Source of the DNA: a plasmid
Length of the DNA: 64,000 nucleotides
Strand: one strand, 5' to 3'
Sequence record: NZ_CP097382.1
Positions 30,715-40,219 of the stretch are shown here, in pieces; position 1 is the stretch's first letter; every line of letters begins with the position of its first letter. The position numbers and the translations under genes are program-made. Under the pieces are notes generated by a model. The model did no database searches, had not been told where the DNA came from, and worked only from the letters and a program-made list of their open reading frames with translations.

Positions 30715-31235
30715 AAAAGTCACTGATAAGCACAAGTCAACGTTATTGTTATTTATGCAGTTTAGGAGGGCTCTTCATGATGATGTCCTCTGCAGTGGAA
30801 GCCAATTGGTTTTTTGATGGTACGCTAATACTGCCCCCCGCCTGTGAATTAGGACAAAAAAATCCTATACGTGTTTCTTTTGGAAAGGTGGGGGTGCGTA
30901 AAGTGGATGGGAATTTATTTAAACAAGACATACCGTATCAATTGAATTGCCAAGGTGACTTAAAGCAACCGTGGAATGTGACATTGACGTTCAGTGGAAC
31001 ACTCGCGGGTACGGGATTTGATAATGCGACATTACAAACAAGCAGCCCTATGAATAACGGAAAATTAGGCATTCAAATTCAAAAGGACGGGATACCGTTA
31101 GAACTGAACAAGGCGTTTGCAATTAATAGTTCAAATCTACCAAAATTATCGGCGGTTCCGATTAAGCGTGCAGGATCGGAACTGGTTGGTGATAATTTTT
31201 CTGCGACAGGGACATTGACCATCGATTTTCAATGA
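30711..31235 (+). CDS. Fimbrial minor subunit, tandem paralog 4 of 4
   Basis: …PPACELGQKNPIRVSFGKVGVRKVDGNLF…KLGIQIQKDG…LSAVPIKRAG…LTIDFQ. It overlaps the previous stop (ATGA). Confidence 0.7.
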   Translation: MKKSLISTSQRYCYLCSLGGLFMMMSSAVEANWFFDGTLILPPACELGQKNPIRVSFGKVGVRKVDGNLFKQDIPYQLNCQGDLKQPWNVTLTFSGTLAGTGFDNATLQTSSPMNNGKLGIQIQKDGIPLELNKAFAINSSNLPKLSAVPIKRAGSELVGDNFSATGTLTIDFQ

Positions 31236-31258
31236 CACGATAAAAGGAAATGAGAAAA

Positions 31259-31801
31259 ATGCAAATACCATTACGTCAATTATGGCCTTTAGTCTTGTCA
31301 CTAAGTTTAGTTGGAGGCCCGCTTTGTGCGCGGTCGGAAACCGTACAATTTGATGGAACATTGGTTGAGGACGCCTGCGAAATATATCCTGGCGATGAAA
31401 ATATCGAATTGGATTTTGGCACTATTGTAGACAAATATTTGTATTTGAATACACGAACACACAGCCAGCTATTTACAATTAGGTTAATTAATTGTGATTT
31501 AGTGTTGGGTAAAGAAGTTCAAGTAACCTTTATGGGAACTGAAAGTGCAGCATTACCCGGATTATTAGCACTTAATGCAGGGAGCAAAGCAAATGGGATC
31601 GCTATTGGTTTTGAAACTCAAAGTGGTGAACCTATCTCGTTAAATAGATCAAAAGACTACACTCAACAGCTCCAAGCCAGTGGCACCAATAACATCAATT
31701 TGAAAGCTTATGTTCGAGGCGAACCTATCGCCCTTCGCGATAAATCAATTACACGCGGAACTTTCGAGGCTACTACCACTTTTATTCTTGAATATGAATA
31801 A
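31259..31801 (+). CDS. Fimbrial minor subunit (MrpG-like position)
   Basis: Signal peptide, …DACEIYPGDENIELDFG… and a C-terminal …FILEYE. Confidence 0.7.
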   Translation: MQIPLRQLWPLVLSLSLVGGPLCARSETVQFDGTLVEDACEIYPGDENIELDFGTIVDKYLYLNTRTHSQLFTIRLINCDLVLGKEVQVTFMGTESAALPGLLALNAGSKANGIAIGFETQSGEPISLNRSKDYTQQLQASGTNNINLKAYVRGEPIALRDKSITRGTFEATTTFILEYE

Positions 31802-32325
31802 CTCTAAAGAAATGACTAATTTTTGTTAATTATTCAAAATCACAATACCACATAAATATAACAGGAGTTATATATGTCAAAATATAGAATGAAGACAATC
31901 TTATATAGTATTTCCATTAATCATCAATTTTAATAATTCAGCTAATTCAACTGTAGGTTTTGGTCATAGGCCTTACATGAACGCAGCTGTCAGTAACTGT
32001 GGTATAGGACAGATGATAGGAATAGGATACAACGCACAGGGAAGTGGCGAAATTATATCAGAATTGGGTTGGGAGCATTTGAGGCGACGACAGCTTTTAT
32101 GTTGGAGTAAGAGTGATTGGGGTACCATTAGGAAAAATATATGAAATATTAGTATTGTGGTTAAAATAGATTTCATACAAAAATAGGTTGTGTATTTTTG
32201 TATGATTATTTTAATCATTTTTATATATAGTGAAGATAGTGATATGAAATAATGAAATTAACTCATCATCACCTATTATATATTATTTAAATAACCGGTC
32301 ATAATGATTTTAAAAAAGGACGTAG

Positions 32326-33153
32326 ATGAAAATTTATTCTGTATTATTAATTTTTATTTCTTTTTACTCTTCAGCTACACTCACTATAACAGCGGAGAGT
32401 AACACAATACCAATAAATTCCATATTGGCACAGGGGCCATTAGATAATACAAATGGTGCCCCTACATGGGCACCTTGTGCGAAAATCATTTGCGCCGATG
32501 ACATTATGAATGGCGATAATTTACTTACTATTCAAATGTCATCTGAGGGTAGAGAATTTACAATCTATAAAATCCCCATTAATTGTGATGGTGCTTTTAC
32601 AAATAGAGAAGCAGCTATGATTTTCTCCCGCGATATATTACTCGTACAAAAAAGACTATATTTTTATCGACAATCGGGTTTATGGGAACCGTGGGTTTCA
32701 GCCGCAGCTTCCGTAGAATGTTATGATAAACAAAATAAAAATTTTATTCTTTATAACTCACATCCGCCGAGCAATATAATTGGAGGTCCTGAGTCTTTAA
32801 GTGTTTGTAATTTAAATAGTCAAAACTTATTGCTTAATTTTTCATCAGAAAGCCTCATGGTTGCAGGTCTGAGTAAAAATACAAATTTAACTATTACCTG
32901 CACTGCAGGTAATGCTAGGGATTATAAATTAAGGTTAACGGGAACAAATGTCACAAATGGGAAATTGGATTTCAAAAATGGAGTTTATGCTCAAATATCA
33001 CTCGATGGTATACATATTAATGCTAATGGTGATGGAATTAATTTAAATGGATTAGTTAGTCGCGAAATTCAAGTAAAGGCAACATTATCGGGTTCAGCTT
33101 CTACTTCAGGCATAACAACGAGTAACGGAATTTTAATTCTTGAAGCGCTATAA
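32326..33153 (+). CDS. Fimbrial tip adhesin, MrpH-like (two-domain)
   Basis: 275 aa with a signal peptide and multiple Cys residues in the N-terminal half. It is the last gene of the operon and is preceded by an AT-rich spacer. Confidence 0.55.
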   Translation: MKIYSVLLIFISFYSSATLTITAESNTIPINSILAQGPLDNTNGAPTWAPCAKIICADDIMNGDNLLTIQMSSEGREFTIYKIPINCDGAFTNREAAMIFSRDILLVQKRLYFYRQSGLWEPWVSAAASVECYDKQNKNFILYNSHPPSNIIGGPESLSVCNLNSQNLLLNFSSESLMVAGLSKNTNLTITCTAGNARDYKLRLTGTNVTNGKLDFKNGVYAQISLDGIHINANGDGINLNGLVSREIQVKATLSGSASTSGITTSNGILILEAL

Positions 33154-33583
33154 AGGGGCTTGTTGCAAAAATTACCTAAATGAGAAACACTCACGATATT
33201 GATTATGTCTTATTAGGAATAGGCCATGCCATCGAATGAGTTTAAATGGAAACATTTTGCCCCCACGATTATCCTTTGGTGTTTACGTTGGTATGGCTCA
33301 ACACCATTCAGTTATGCCAACGTCAGTGATATGCTGGCTGAACGGGGGGGGAGGGCAAAGTCGCTAAGCGGGCCTGGGCGACAATCCAAGGCTTTGAAAC
33401 TTTGCGAAAACTGAATAAGGGTAAATTTGATGAATGGCTACGTCGTGATGAACTCGAGTTTCGTGTACGGGAGCGCTCCGCTTTATGAATCGCTTATTCA
33501 ATGTGGAGACGGTTTTAGCGTGAAAGATGCCATGGGGCAAAAAATACGCTAATTTATTATTTGCAACAAGCCCCAAAAAACAG
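33154..33583 (+). mobile_element. IS6-family (IS26-like) internally deleted remnant, MITE-like, copy 2
   Basis: It begins GGGGCTTGTTGCAAAAATTACCTAA directly after the mrpH-like stop codon and ends …TTTGCAACAAGCCCC. It encodes the transposase N-terminal 62 aa (MPSNEFKWKHFAPTIILWCLRWYG…AERG) and a C-terminal piece (…LNKGKFDEWLRRDELEFRVRERS…). It lies in inverted orientation relative to copy 1. Confidence 0.7.
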
Positions 33584-33656
33584 TTCAGCTTAAGTATGCC
33601 TATAAGCTATAATCCTAATTGACTCGATTTTATCAAATAGGCTAACTAAAATTACT

Positions 33657-33929
33657 GTGTTAATAATTAACACACAAGGTGATCCTATAGCTCGTACAAC
33701 AAGTGTAACTATCGGGGCTCAATTGGATGAGTTTGTAAATCAACTCATATCGTCTGGAAGATATGGTTCAACAAGTGAAGTTGTTCGCTCTGCTCTACGT
33801 CTACTTGAGGTTCAAGAAAAACAAACGGCAGCATTGAAAATTTTAATTGATGCAGGTGAACAAAGTGGTGAGTCGTCGTTAACACTACATGATATCGCTA
33901 AAAAAGTGAAGAATGCTCATAATGTATAA
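33657..33929 (+). CDS. parD: ParD-family antitoxin (RHH)
   Basis: …TSVTIGAQLDEFVNQLISSGRYGSTSEVVRSALRLLEVQEKQTAALKILIDAGEQSGES… is classic COG3609/ParD. Confidence 0.75.
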   Translation: MLIINTQGDPIARTTSVTIGAQLDEFVNQLISSGRYGSTSEVVRSALRLLEVQEKQTAALKILIDAGEQSGESSLTLHDIAKKVKNAHNV

Positions 33930-33981
33930 ACTTTCCAATCTAGTGGCTAAAGACTTTGATGGGATATTTGAGTATACCTAA
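33922..33981 (+). pseudogene. parE: parE toxin gene, truncated after 19 codons
   Basis: MYKLSNLVAKDFDGIFEYT* matches a ParE N-terminus (M.YKLS..A..DL..I..YT). It overlaps the parD stop (ATGTATAA). The rest of the gene is absent and an IS30-family element follows. Confidence 0.55.
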
Positions 33982-34019
33982 ATGACATGGGGGTTTGTAA
34001 TATAAAAATCGCGAATTCA

Positions 34020-35078
34020 GATAATAAGTGCAACGCTCGGTCATGTTAGATGGAAGGACGGTTAGCTACTGATAAGCTATCCTGCTCTTCCGACCAAAGA
34101 TGAGCGAGTAAGTATGAAGTATCAGCAACTAACCGAAGGACAACGATACCAGATATCGATACTGCGTGAGGATAATTTATCCTGCCATGAGATAGGTATC
34201 CGTATCGGTGTAAGCAAGTCCACGGTCTCCCGTGAACTGAGGCGTAACACTTCAGATACTGGTTATAACCCACAACAGGCACACCAGAAGTGCTGTGATA
34301 GGCGGCTGTCATCTGCCAAAAGGACAATTCCTCAGCAGACCATAGATTTCGTGATATTTGCTCTGGAGTGGAAGTGGAGTCCTGAGCAAATAAGTGCAAT
34401 TGGCAGCATTATTGGTCTTAGCGTCAGCCATGAATGGATTTACCAGTATATCTATGCGGATAAGCGTAGCGGTGGCGAGTTGTACAGGCATCTTAGGCAG
34501 GGCAAACGGCGATATCGTAAGGGCTACGGGCAGAAACGAGGGCGCATCCCTGATGCGGTATCCATTGAGCTACGGCCGTCAGTCGTCGATGACCGTAGCC
34601 GTCTGGGGGACTGGGAGGCCGATTTGGTGCAGGGTAAACAGGGCACTGGTGCTATCGTGACACTGGCAGAACGCAAAAGCCGTATTTACCTGACAAAAAA
34701 GGTGTTTTCAAAGGATGCGGTGGAAGTCAGTAAGGCCATTATCTCACTGCTGAGTGAGTATCAGGATGTATGTCACACAATAACGTTCGATAACGGTCTA
34801 GAGTTTAGTGAGCACAAGGCGATAGCAGAAGCACTGAACGCAGATACGTACTTTGCCCATCCGTATGCCTCGCATGAGCGTGGGCTGAACGAGAATACGA
34901 ATGGGTTGTTAAGACAGTTTATCCCGAAAGGAACAGACCTGCGGACAGTGACAGAAGAAGACTTACAACGCTATCAGGGAGCGTTGAACAGCAGGCCACG
35001 CAAGTGTCTGGGGTTCAGACAACCTTCGGTGGTGTTTGCGGAGCTAAGAAAGGCGGCTTAGCGTTGCACTTCGGACTT
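34020..35078 (+). mobile_element. IS30-family insertion sequence (about 1.06 kb, ISApl1-size class)
   Basis: Candidate terminal inverted repeats carry AGTGCAACGCT at 34027 and AGCGTTGCACT at 35060–35070, and a 315-aa transposase lies inside. The boundaries are approximate. Confidence 0.65.
34114..35061 (+). CDS. IS30-family transposase
   Basis: An N-terminal HTH (…GQRYQISILREDNLSCHEIGIRIGVSKSTVSRELRRN…) and a DDE region (…DWEADLV…TFDNGLEF…NENTNGLLRQFIPKG…) are present. Confidence 0.9.
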   Translation: MKYQQLTEGQRYQISILREDNLSCHEIGIRIGVSKSTVSRELRRNTSDTGYNPQQAHQKCCDRRLSSAKRTIPQQTIDFVIFALEWKWSPEQISAIGSIIGLSVSHEWIYQYIYADKRSGGELYRHLRQGKRRYRKGYGQKRGRIPDAVSIELRPSVVDDRSRLGDWEADLVQGKQGTGAIVTLAERKSRIYLTKKVFSKDAVEVSKAIISLLSEYQDVCHTITFDNGLEFSEHKAIAEALNADTYFAHPYASHERGLNENTNGLLRQFIPKGTDLRTVTEEDLQRYQGALNSRPRKCLGFRQPSVVFAELRKAA

Positions 35079-35195
35079 GAATCCGCCAATCGAAGAAATA
35101 ATAATAGAGTGACAAATTATCACTCTATTATTGGGGGTGATGCAAATAATGAATTAGTGTGTTTTTTGCTCGAGCATAATAATTGAAATATTTGG

Positions 35196-36173
35196 CTAAC
35201 TTCCTGTAAACCAAATAAAGCCTCCCATTGTTATTACAGACAAAATCGTACTCCAAAATAGGGTTGATGCCATTTCTTGTTCACCTGTTTTATATTCCAC
35301 CGCAAAAATAACAGCAATGGATGCTGTAGGAATAGCTAAGGTAACCGAAACTAAACCACGTTCAACATGAGGTATAGATAAGGCGATCATTATCACTAGA
35401 ATAATTAATGGCAATAAAATATTCTTGCTAAGTACGTTTATGATTACTGGAATAGAAAAACTGACTTTTTGTGCGTAAAGAACAGCTCCGACGGCAAATA
35501 ATGCAACCCCGCCTGTTGCTTGACCTAATAAAATAAATGAGCCTTTTAAGAACTTCGGCATATCTAAGCCAATTAATAACAAAATAAAAGCAAGGATTGG
35601 TGCCCATACAACAGGTTGTATAATTGCATTTTTTATACTGCTAGCAATAACTGAAAAAGCACCTTGCTTACTTGTTGAAGTATCATTGGTATCGGCCCCC
35701 ACTAAAAAGATTAAGGCTAATGGAACCTGAATTAAATTCATTAATAAGCTGCCAACGGCAATTGCAATGTCTGCATCAATAGGAAATAACACACCTAATA
35801 CGGGAGTTCCAACAAAAGGTACAGCGGGACCGGCAATGGCAATAGCGCGCAATGCAGCTAAACGCGCACTAGATTTGAAAATAAAACGGGAGATAAGAAA
35901 AACAGTAATAAATCCCACAACCATACCAACGAAGATCCACAAGAAAACATCAACATTACTGATTATTTCAGTGAGTGGAGTACTCAGAATTCCCGCAAAT
36001 AGTAATAGTGGTAATGCATATAACATCACCATTTTATTTAATACAGTAGCTTGATCTTTATTGAAATCATGCCTACACCCTGCAAAATATCCAAGTAAAA
36101 GCGTTACCACGATCGGTAATAATGCTGTAATAATTGTATCTAACATCAGATAGCCTCTTACTATTCGAAACAA
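35196..36173 (-). CDS. AEC-family (auxin-efflux-carrier / MleP-type) membrane transporter
   Basis: 325 aa with about 10 transmembrane segments and a start (…TIITALLPIVVTLLLGYFAG…) and overall pattern typical of malate/malonate permease-type AEC proteins. It is co-directional with the decarboxylase gene. Confidence 0.75.
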   Translation of the reverse strand: MFRIVRGYLMLDTIITALLPIVVTLLLGYFAGCRHDFNKDQATVLNKMVMLYALPLLLFAGILSTPLTEIISNVDVFLWIFVGMVVGFITVFLISRFIFKSSARLAALRAIAIAGPAVPFVGTPVLGVLFPIDADIAIAVGSLLMNLIQVPLALIFLVGADTNDTSTSKQGAFSVIASSIKNAIIQPVVWAPILAFILLLIGLDMPKFLKGSFILLGQATGGVALFAVGAVLYAQKVSFSIPVIINVLSKNILLPLIILVIMIALSIPHVERGLVSVTLAIPTASIAVIFAVEYKTGEQEMASTLFWSTILSVITMGGFIWFTGS

Positions 36174-36214
36174 TAGGGCGCAATAATATTTATTGCACCT
36201 TTTAGTTTATTTAA

Positions 36215-37840
36215 TTACAACAAAGGCGGGGTTGTTGGAATAATAGGAACTTCAATGACAGTAGGAACTGAACGAGAAAATGCTTCCTTACAGATTTGGT
36301 TGATTTCATCTAATGTTTCAGCTCGTACACCAACACAGCCGTAACCTTTTGCCAAAGAAACAATATCTAAATCAGGTAAATCTAGACCCGGAACGCCAGG
36401 TGAATTTTCTAATTTTGCAAAAGATTTCAAAATTGCATATTCACCATTACGTGGCACAACAAACAATATTGGTAATTTAAGCTGAGCAGCTGTCCATAAA
36501 CCTTGAATTGAATATTGCAAAGAACCATCACCAATAATGGCAAGAACCGGACGATTTTTACCGCTATCTCTTTCAGCTAATGCAATACCAATACTCGCGG
36601 GTAAATTCCAGCCAAGGCTTCCACTGGCAAAAGTATAAAAAGAATCGGGTTTATCAATTGACCATGCGGTATGTAACTCGCCAAGGTTAGAGGGTGATTC
36701 TTCAACTAATATTGTATTTTCAGGTGTAAACTCACGCAAACCTTTAAAGAGTTCTAATGCTGAAAGTTGTTCACCTTCTTGCTGTTCTGCCGCAGGGTGG
36801 GGAGACATTCTGTGTGATTGTTGTGGTATTTTAGGAGGTGTTGCTGTACGTTTTTGTACTCGGTTGAGTAATGCTTCTAGTGCTAATACTGGGCTAGATA
36901 ATAGGCTGTCACCAACAGGTGCTTTTCCTGATTCATTAGGATCATCTGTAATATGCAATAACTGCAATCCTTCTGGAATGTACTCACCCGCTACATAGGG
37001 ATAATAACGGAATATTGGTGCTCCAATGACAATAGCAACATCATAACCTGCTAATTGTTTTGATAATGGCTCAATAGCAAAAGGCAAGCCACCTGCATAC
37101 AGTGGATGAGTTTCAGGGAATGATGGCACTTCAGAAGCCGGTGCGCTGAATACATGGCAATTCAATTTCTCGGCTAATTGAATACCGATATCCCAACCTT
37201 GTCCACGAGCAATCCCAGCGCCATAAATAAGAGCCGGATTTTTAGCTGTTGAAAGAAGATCAGCAAATTGAGAAATGAGAATAGGATCTGGAGCATATCG
37301 TGATGCTACGCTCCGCACAACGGCATCTCCTAGCGCAGGTTTATCCCAATCATCTAATGGAATAGATAAAAAGACAGGACCAGCAGGTGGCTGTAATGCC
37401 ATCGCGTAAGCTCGCATAAATGCAGCAGGTACATCTTCAGCTCTGACTGGTTCATAGCTCCATTTTATCCAGGGTTTAGGCAATTCTGTAGGTGAAACGT
37501 TAGTTAACCATGGTTCCATAAGTAACATTTCTCGCGTTTGGTTTCCAGCGGTAATAATTAATGGTGTTTTATTTTGTGCCGCTGTCATGATGTTACTCAT
37601 TGAGTTACTTAAACCTGCAGAAGTATGGACGTTAACAATCGCGGGTTTACGAGTTGCTTGTGCATAGCCATCAGCAGCACCAACTGCGGATGATTCGTGT
37701 AATGTTTGCACGTAACGGAAATCTTCAGGAAAATCCTTTAAAAAAGTTTCCTCAGTTGAGCCTGGATTACCAAATAAAGTAGTTAATTCAAGTTTGCGTA
37801 GTAAATTAAAAGTGACATCACGAATAGTTTTTACCTTCAT
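36215..37840 (-). CDS. Thiamine-pyrophosphate-dependent decarboxylase, benzoylformate decarboxylase (MdlC)-like
   Basis: 541 aa that aligns along its length with benzoylformate decarboxylase: …LTTLFGNPGSTEETFLKDFPEDFRYVQTLHESSAVGAADGYAQATRKPA…, …WSYEP…, the TPP motif …IIGDGSLQYSIQGLWTAAQ… and …VPRNGEYAIL…. Confidence 0.8.
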   Translation of the reverse strand: MKVKTIRDVTFNLLRKLELTTLFGNPGSTEETFLKDFPEDFRYVQTLHESSAVGAADGYAQATRKPAIVNVHTSAGLSNSMSNIMTAAQNKTPLIITAGNQTREMLLMEPWLTNVSPTELPKPWIKWSYEPVRAEDVPAAFMRAYAMALQPPAGPVFLSIPLDDWDKPALGDAVVRSVASRYAPDPILISQFADLLSTAKNPALIYGAGIARGQGWDIGIQLAEKLNCHVFSAPASEVPSFPETHPLYAGGLPFAIEPLSKQLAGYDVAIVIGAPIFRYYPYVAGEYIPEGLQLLHITDDPNESGKAPVGDSLLSSPVLALEALLNRVQKRTATPPKIPQQSHRMSPHPAAEQQEGEQLSALELFKGLREFTPENTILVEESPSNLGELHTAWSIDKPDSFYTFASGSLGWNLPASIGIALAERDSGKNRPVLAIIGDGSLQYSIQGLWTAAQLKLPILFVVPRNGEYAILKSFAKLENSPGVPGLDLPDLDIVSLAKGYGCVGVRAETLDEINQICKEAFSRSVPTVIEVPIIPTTPPLL

Positions 37841-38183
37841 ACTGTACTTTCCTTAAATCAAAAAAGTTAATAGTGGTCATGCAGGTGTTATAATAATAAA
37901 AGATAAGGTGTATAGATTATTGTTAATTATTTAATTTAATTGAGGGTAAAGAGTTTGCATATTATAGCATTCAACATAGAAAAAATAATGAAATTATCCT
38001 GATTGAATATTGATATTAATAGTGTTTGTTAATATTTAATTATTCATTATTTGACTTAATTTAGTTCGAATTACTATTTACTACGGGCTTTTTGAAAAAA
38101 CTGCCTAAGCGAACTGATCCTACCCGCGTAATGTGGACACAGTCCATGGCTAGGAAGCTGGATAAATAGTTTAATGAACTTGT

Positions 38184-39220
38184 GTCACTCAGAACCTCGG
38201 CTGACGTTTGGTCTTAAAGACCAAGCTTATTTTTTAACACTTCATACGGTGTTTTACCAGCATGAGCTGAGTGGGGGCGATGACAATTATAAAATGCCTC
38301 CCATTCAGCTAATTTTTCATGTAAATCGACATCATCCTTATAATCGATTAATTGATAAAATTCCTGTTTATCTGTTAAATGAGAACGCTCTACTTTCCCA
38401 TTCAATCTGGGGGTAGCTGGCTTAATATAGACATGCTCCATCCCTAGATCATGAATATGCCAATTAAATTTAGACTGGAATTCGTGCCCATTATCCGTTC
38501 TAATCGTTTTGATTCTAAAGGGAAATTTATTTACAACATAATTAATAAAATCAATAGCATTAGCCTGATTGTGCCTTTCATAAATTTTAAGTGCTCTGAT
38601 CCGTGTCGCATCATCAATTGCTGTATATTGAAAACGTTTAATTCGTTGTCCATCAGGCGTATTAAAAAATAAAAACTTCACATCGACCTGAACATGGTGC
38701 CCTGGCACTTGTTTCTGATAACGTTTAAATAGTGGTTTAGAGCGACTTCGCTGATTTTGGGGAAGTTGGTTTAATTTGTTTCTGAGCAATACATAATAGC
38801 AGCCAGAGCGTGATATTTTGATGTTATGAAACCGTAGAAGATACCAAGCGATACGTTGGGGACCAAAATGGTAAGTCGTACGCAGATAAATAACCAGCTC
38901 TTCGATGTGTTTTGCAACTCTTCTGGTTGGATTTTCAGGGCAGGGTTTATTGTTGATTAATCCTTTCTCGCCATCTCGTTCATAAGCTCTTTTCCAAGTA
39001 TAAAAAGTTTCTCTACTGATCCCAAAATGACGACAAGTTTTAGCAATATTTTTGCTCTCACGGGCATGATTTAAGATTTTTGTTTTATGTGCAATATCTC
39101 GTTTAGCTTTAATGTTCATCATATCTGACCTCCGGCTACAATTAGAAAAAACTAATTGTCAACCGAAGTCCAGACTTTCATAGGCATCTGATATCGTACG
39201 ATGAGACGGTGACAGAGCCT
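38184..39220 (-). mobile_element. IS481-family insertion sequence
   Basis: A 302-aa DDE transposase sits between TGTCAC-type ends (38184 TGTCACTCAGAACC… and …CGGTGACA at 39220). The boundaries are approximate. Confidence 0.55.
38214..39122 (-). CDS. IS481-family transposase
   Basis: An N-terminal HTH (…CRHFGISRETFYTWKRAYERDGEKGL…) and a DDE core (…VQVDVKF…TDNGHEF…VERSH…). Confidence 0.85.
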   Translation of the reverse strand: MMNIKAKRDIAHKTKILNHARESKNIAKTCRHFGISRETFYTWKRAYERDGEKGLINNKPCPENPTRRVAKHIEELVIYLRTTYHFGPQRIAWYLLRFHNIKISRSGCYYVLLRNKLNQLPQNQRSRSKPLFKRYQKQVPGHHVQVDVKFLFFNTPDGQRIKRFQYTAIDDATRIRALKIYERHNQANAIDFINYVVNKFPFRIKTIRTDNGHEFQSKFNWHIHDLGMEHVYIKPATPRLNGKVERSHLTDKQEFYQLIDYKDDVDLHEKLAEWEAFYNCHRPHSAHAGKTPYEVLKNKLGL

Positions 39221-39379
39221 ACTTGTCGCTGTAGGGGCGGTATCAGGGGTTTGACGCTCAATGGAACGGTTTCATACGTTAAGGATTTTTTGTCTGATAA
39301 ATCATAACATATAAGACACTGCTTATATTGACAATATAACCTATAGGTTATATCATTCATTATAATTAGGAGGTTATAT

Positions 39380-39736
39380 TTGTTTATGTGGGAAATATTA
39401 ACGAGAGATCTCTTTGATTCTTGGTTTGAAGAACAAAACGAGGAAACTCAGATTGAAGTGTTGGCGGTGTTAATGATTTTGCGCGAGGATGGTCCAAACC
39501 TTGGCCGGCCCCAAGTCGATACACTGAAAGGCTCACAGTTTCCCAACATGAAGGAACTGCGAATCCAGGTTGGCGGTCATCCAATTAGAGCGTGTTTTGC
39601 ATTTGACCCTATACGCCGTGGTATTGTGTTATGCGCGGGTGATAAAAAAGGAAAAGACGAAACCCGTTTCTATAAGAAATTGATCAAGATGGCTGATGCT
39701 GAATATGCAGCGCATCTATTAGAGCAGGAGAAATAA
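39380..39736 (+). CDS. Type II toxin, RelE/ParE-superfamily HigB-like (Gp49/DUF891-like)
   Basis: A 118-aa toxin-first arrangement whose stop overlaps the start of an XRE-HTH gene (…AAHLLEQEK*/ATG). Its size and arrangement fit HigB-2-type toxins. Confidence 0.55.
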   Translation: MFMWEILTRDLFDSWFEEQNEETQIEVLAVLMILREDGPNLGRPQVDTLKGSQFPNMKELRIQVGGHPIRACFAFDPIRRGIVLCAGDKKGKDETRFYKKLIKMADAEYAAHLLEQEK

Positions 39737-39737
39737 C

Positions 39738-40037
39738 ATGTCCACTTTAGATAAACTACTTGCAAAACAATCCCCTGAAGCACGGGCACAAATCGAAGCA
39801 AGAGCTGAAGAAATTCGGCGTGAAATAACGCTGGCAAAAATTCGTGAGGAACTTAATCTTTCTCAAACGGAGCTGGCTCAATCACTGGGCGTTTCACAAC
39901 CTTCTATTGCTAAGCTTGAGAAGGTTGATAACGATCCTAAGCTTTCAACTCTAAAGCGCTATATTAAAGCTTTAGGTGGTGAACTTTCTATAGATGTCAC
40001 GCTACCTAATGGTAAGCGGATAGGATTGAGTTTATAA
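39738..40037 (+). CDS. HigA-like antitoxin (HTH_XRE)
   Basis: …LAKIREELNLSQTELAQSLGVSQPSIAKLEKVDNDPKLSTLKRYIKALGGEL…. Confidence 0.65.
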   Translation: MSTLDKLLAKQSPEARAQIEARAEEIRREITLAKIREELNLSQTELAQSLGVSQPSIAKLEKVDNDPKLSTLKRYIKALGGELSIDVTLPNGKRIGLSL

Positions 40038-40219
40038 AAACACCCTCCTAGGGGCAGTTTGGATATCGAAAATTATTGTACGGTAAGCCTGTTTTTTGAA
40101 CCGGCTTACCTATAGCAATCGGGTATACTCAAGGTGAACCGATTAATCATTGTGCTTTGATATCTATTATGAAAGAAGCAGATATTAAAGTTTCTTTAAA
40201 TGATTAGAATTTGACTATG

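Noticed and set aside
31973-32218. 81-aa minus-strand ORF in the spacer between the last minor pilin and the mrpH-like gene
   Set aside because: It is low-complexity and hydrophobic, lies in an AT-rich intergenic region, and has no RBS or homology signal. It is treated as spurious.
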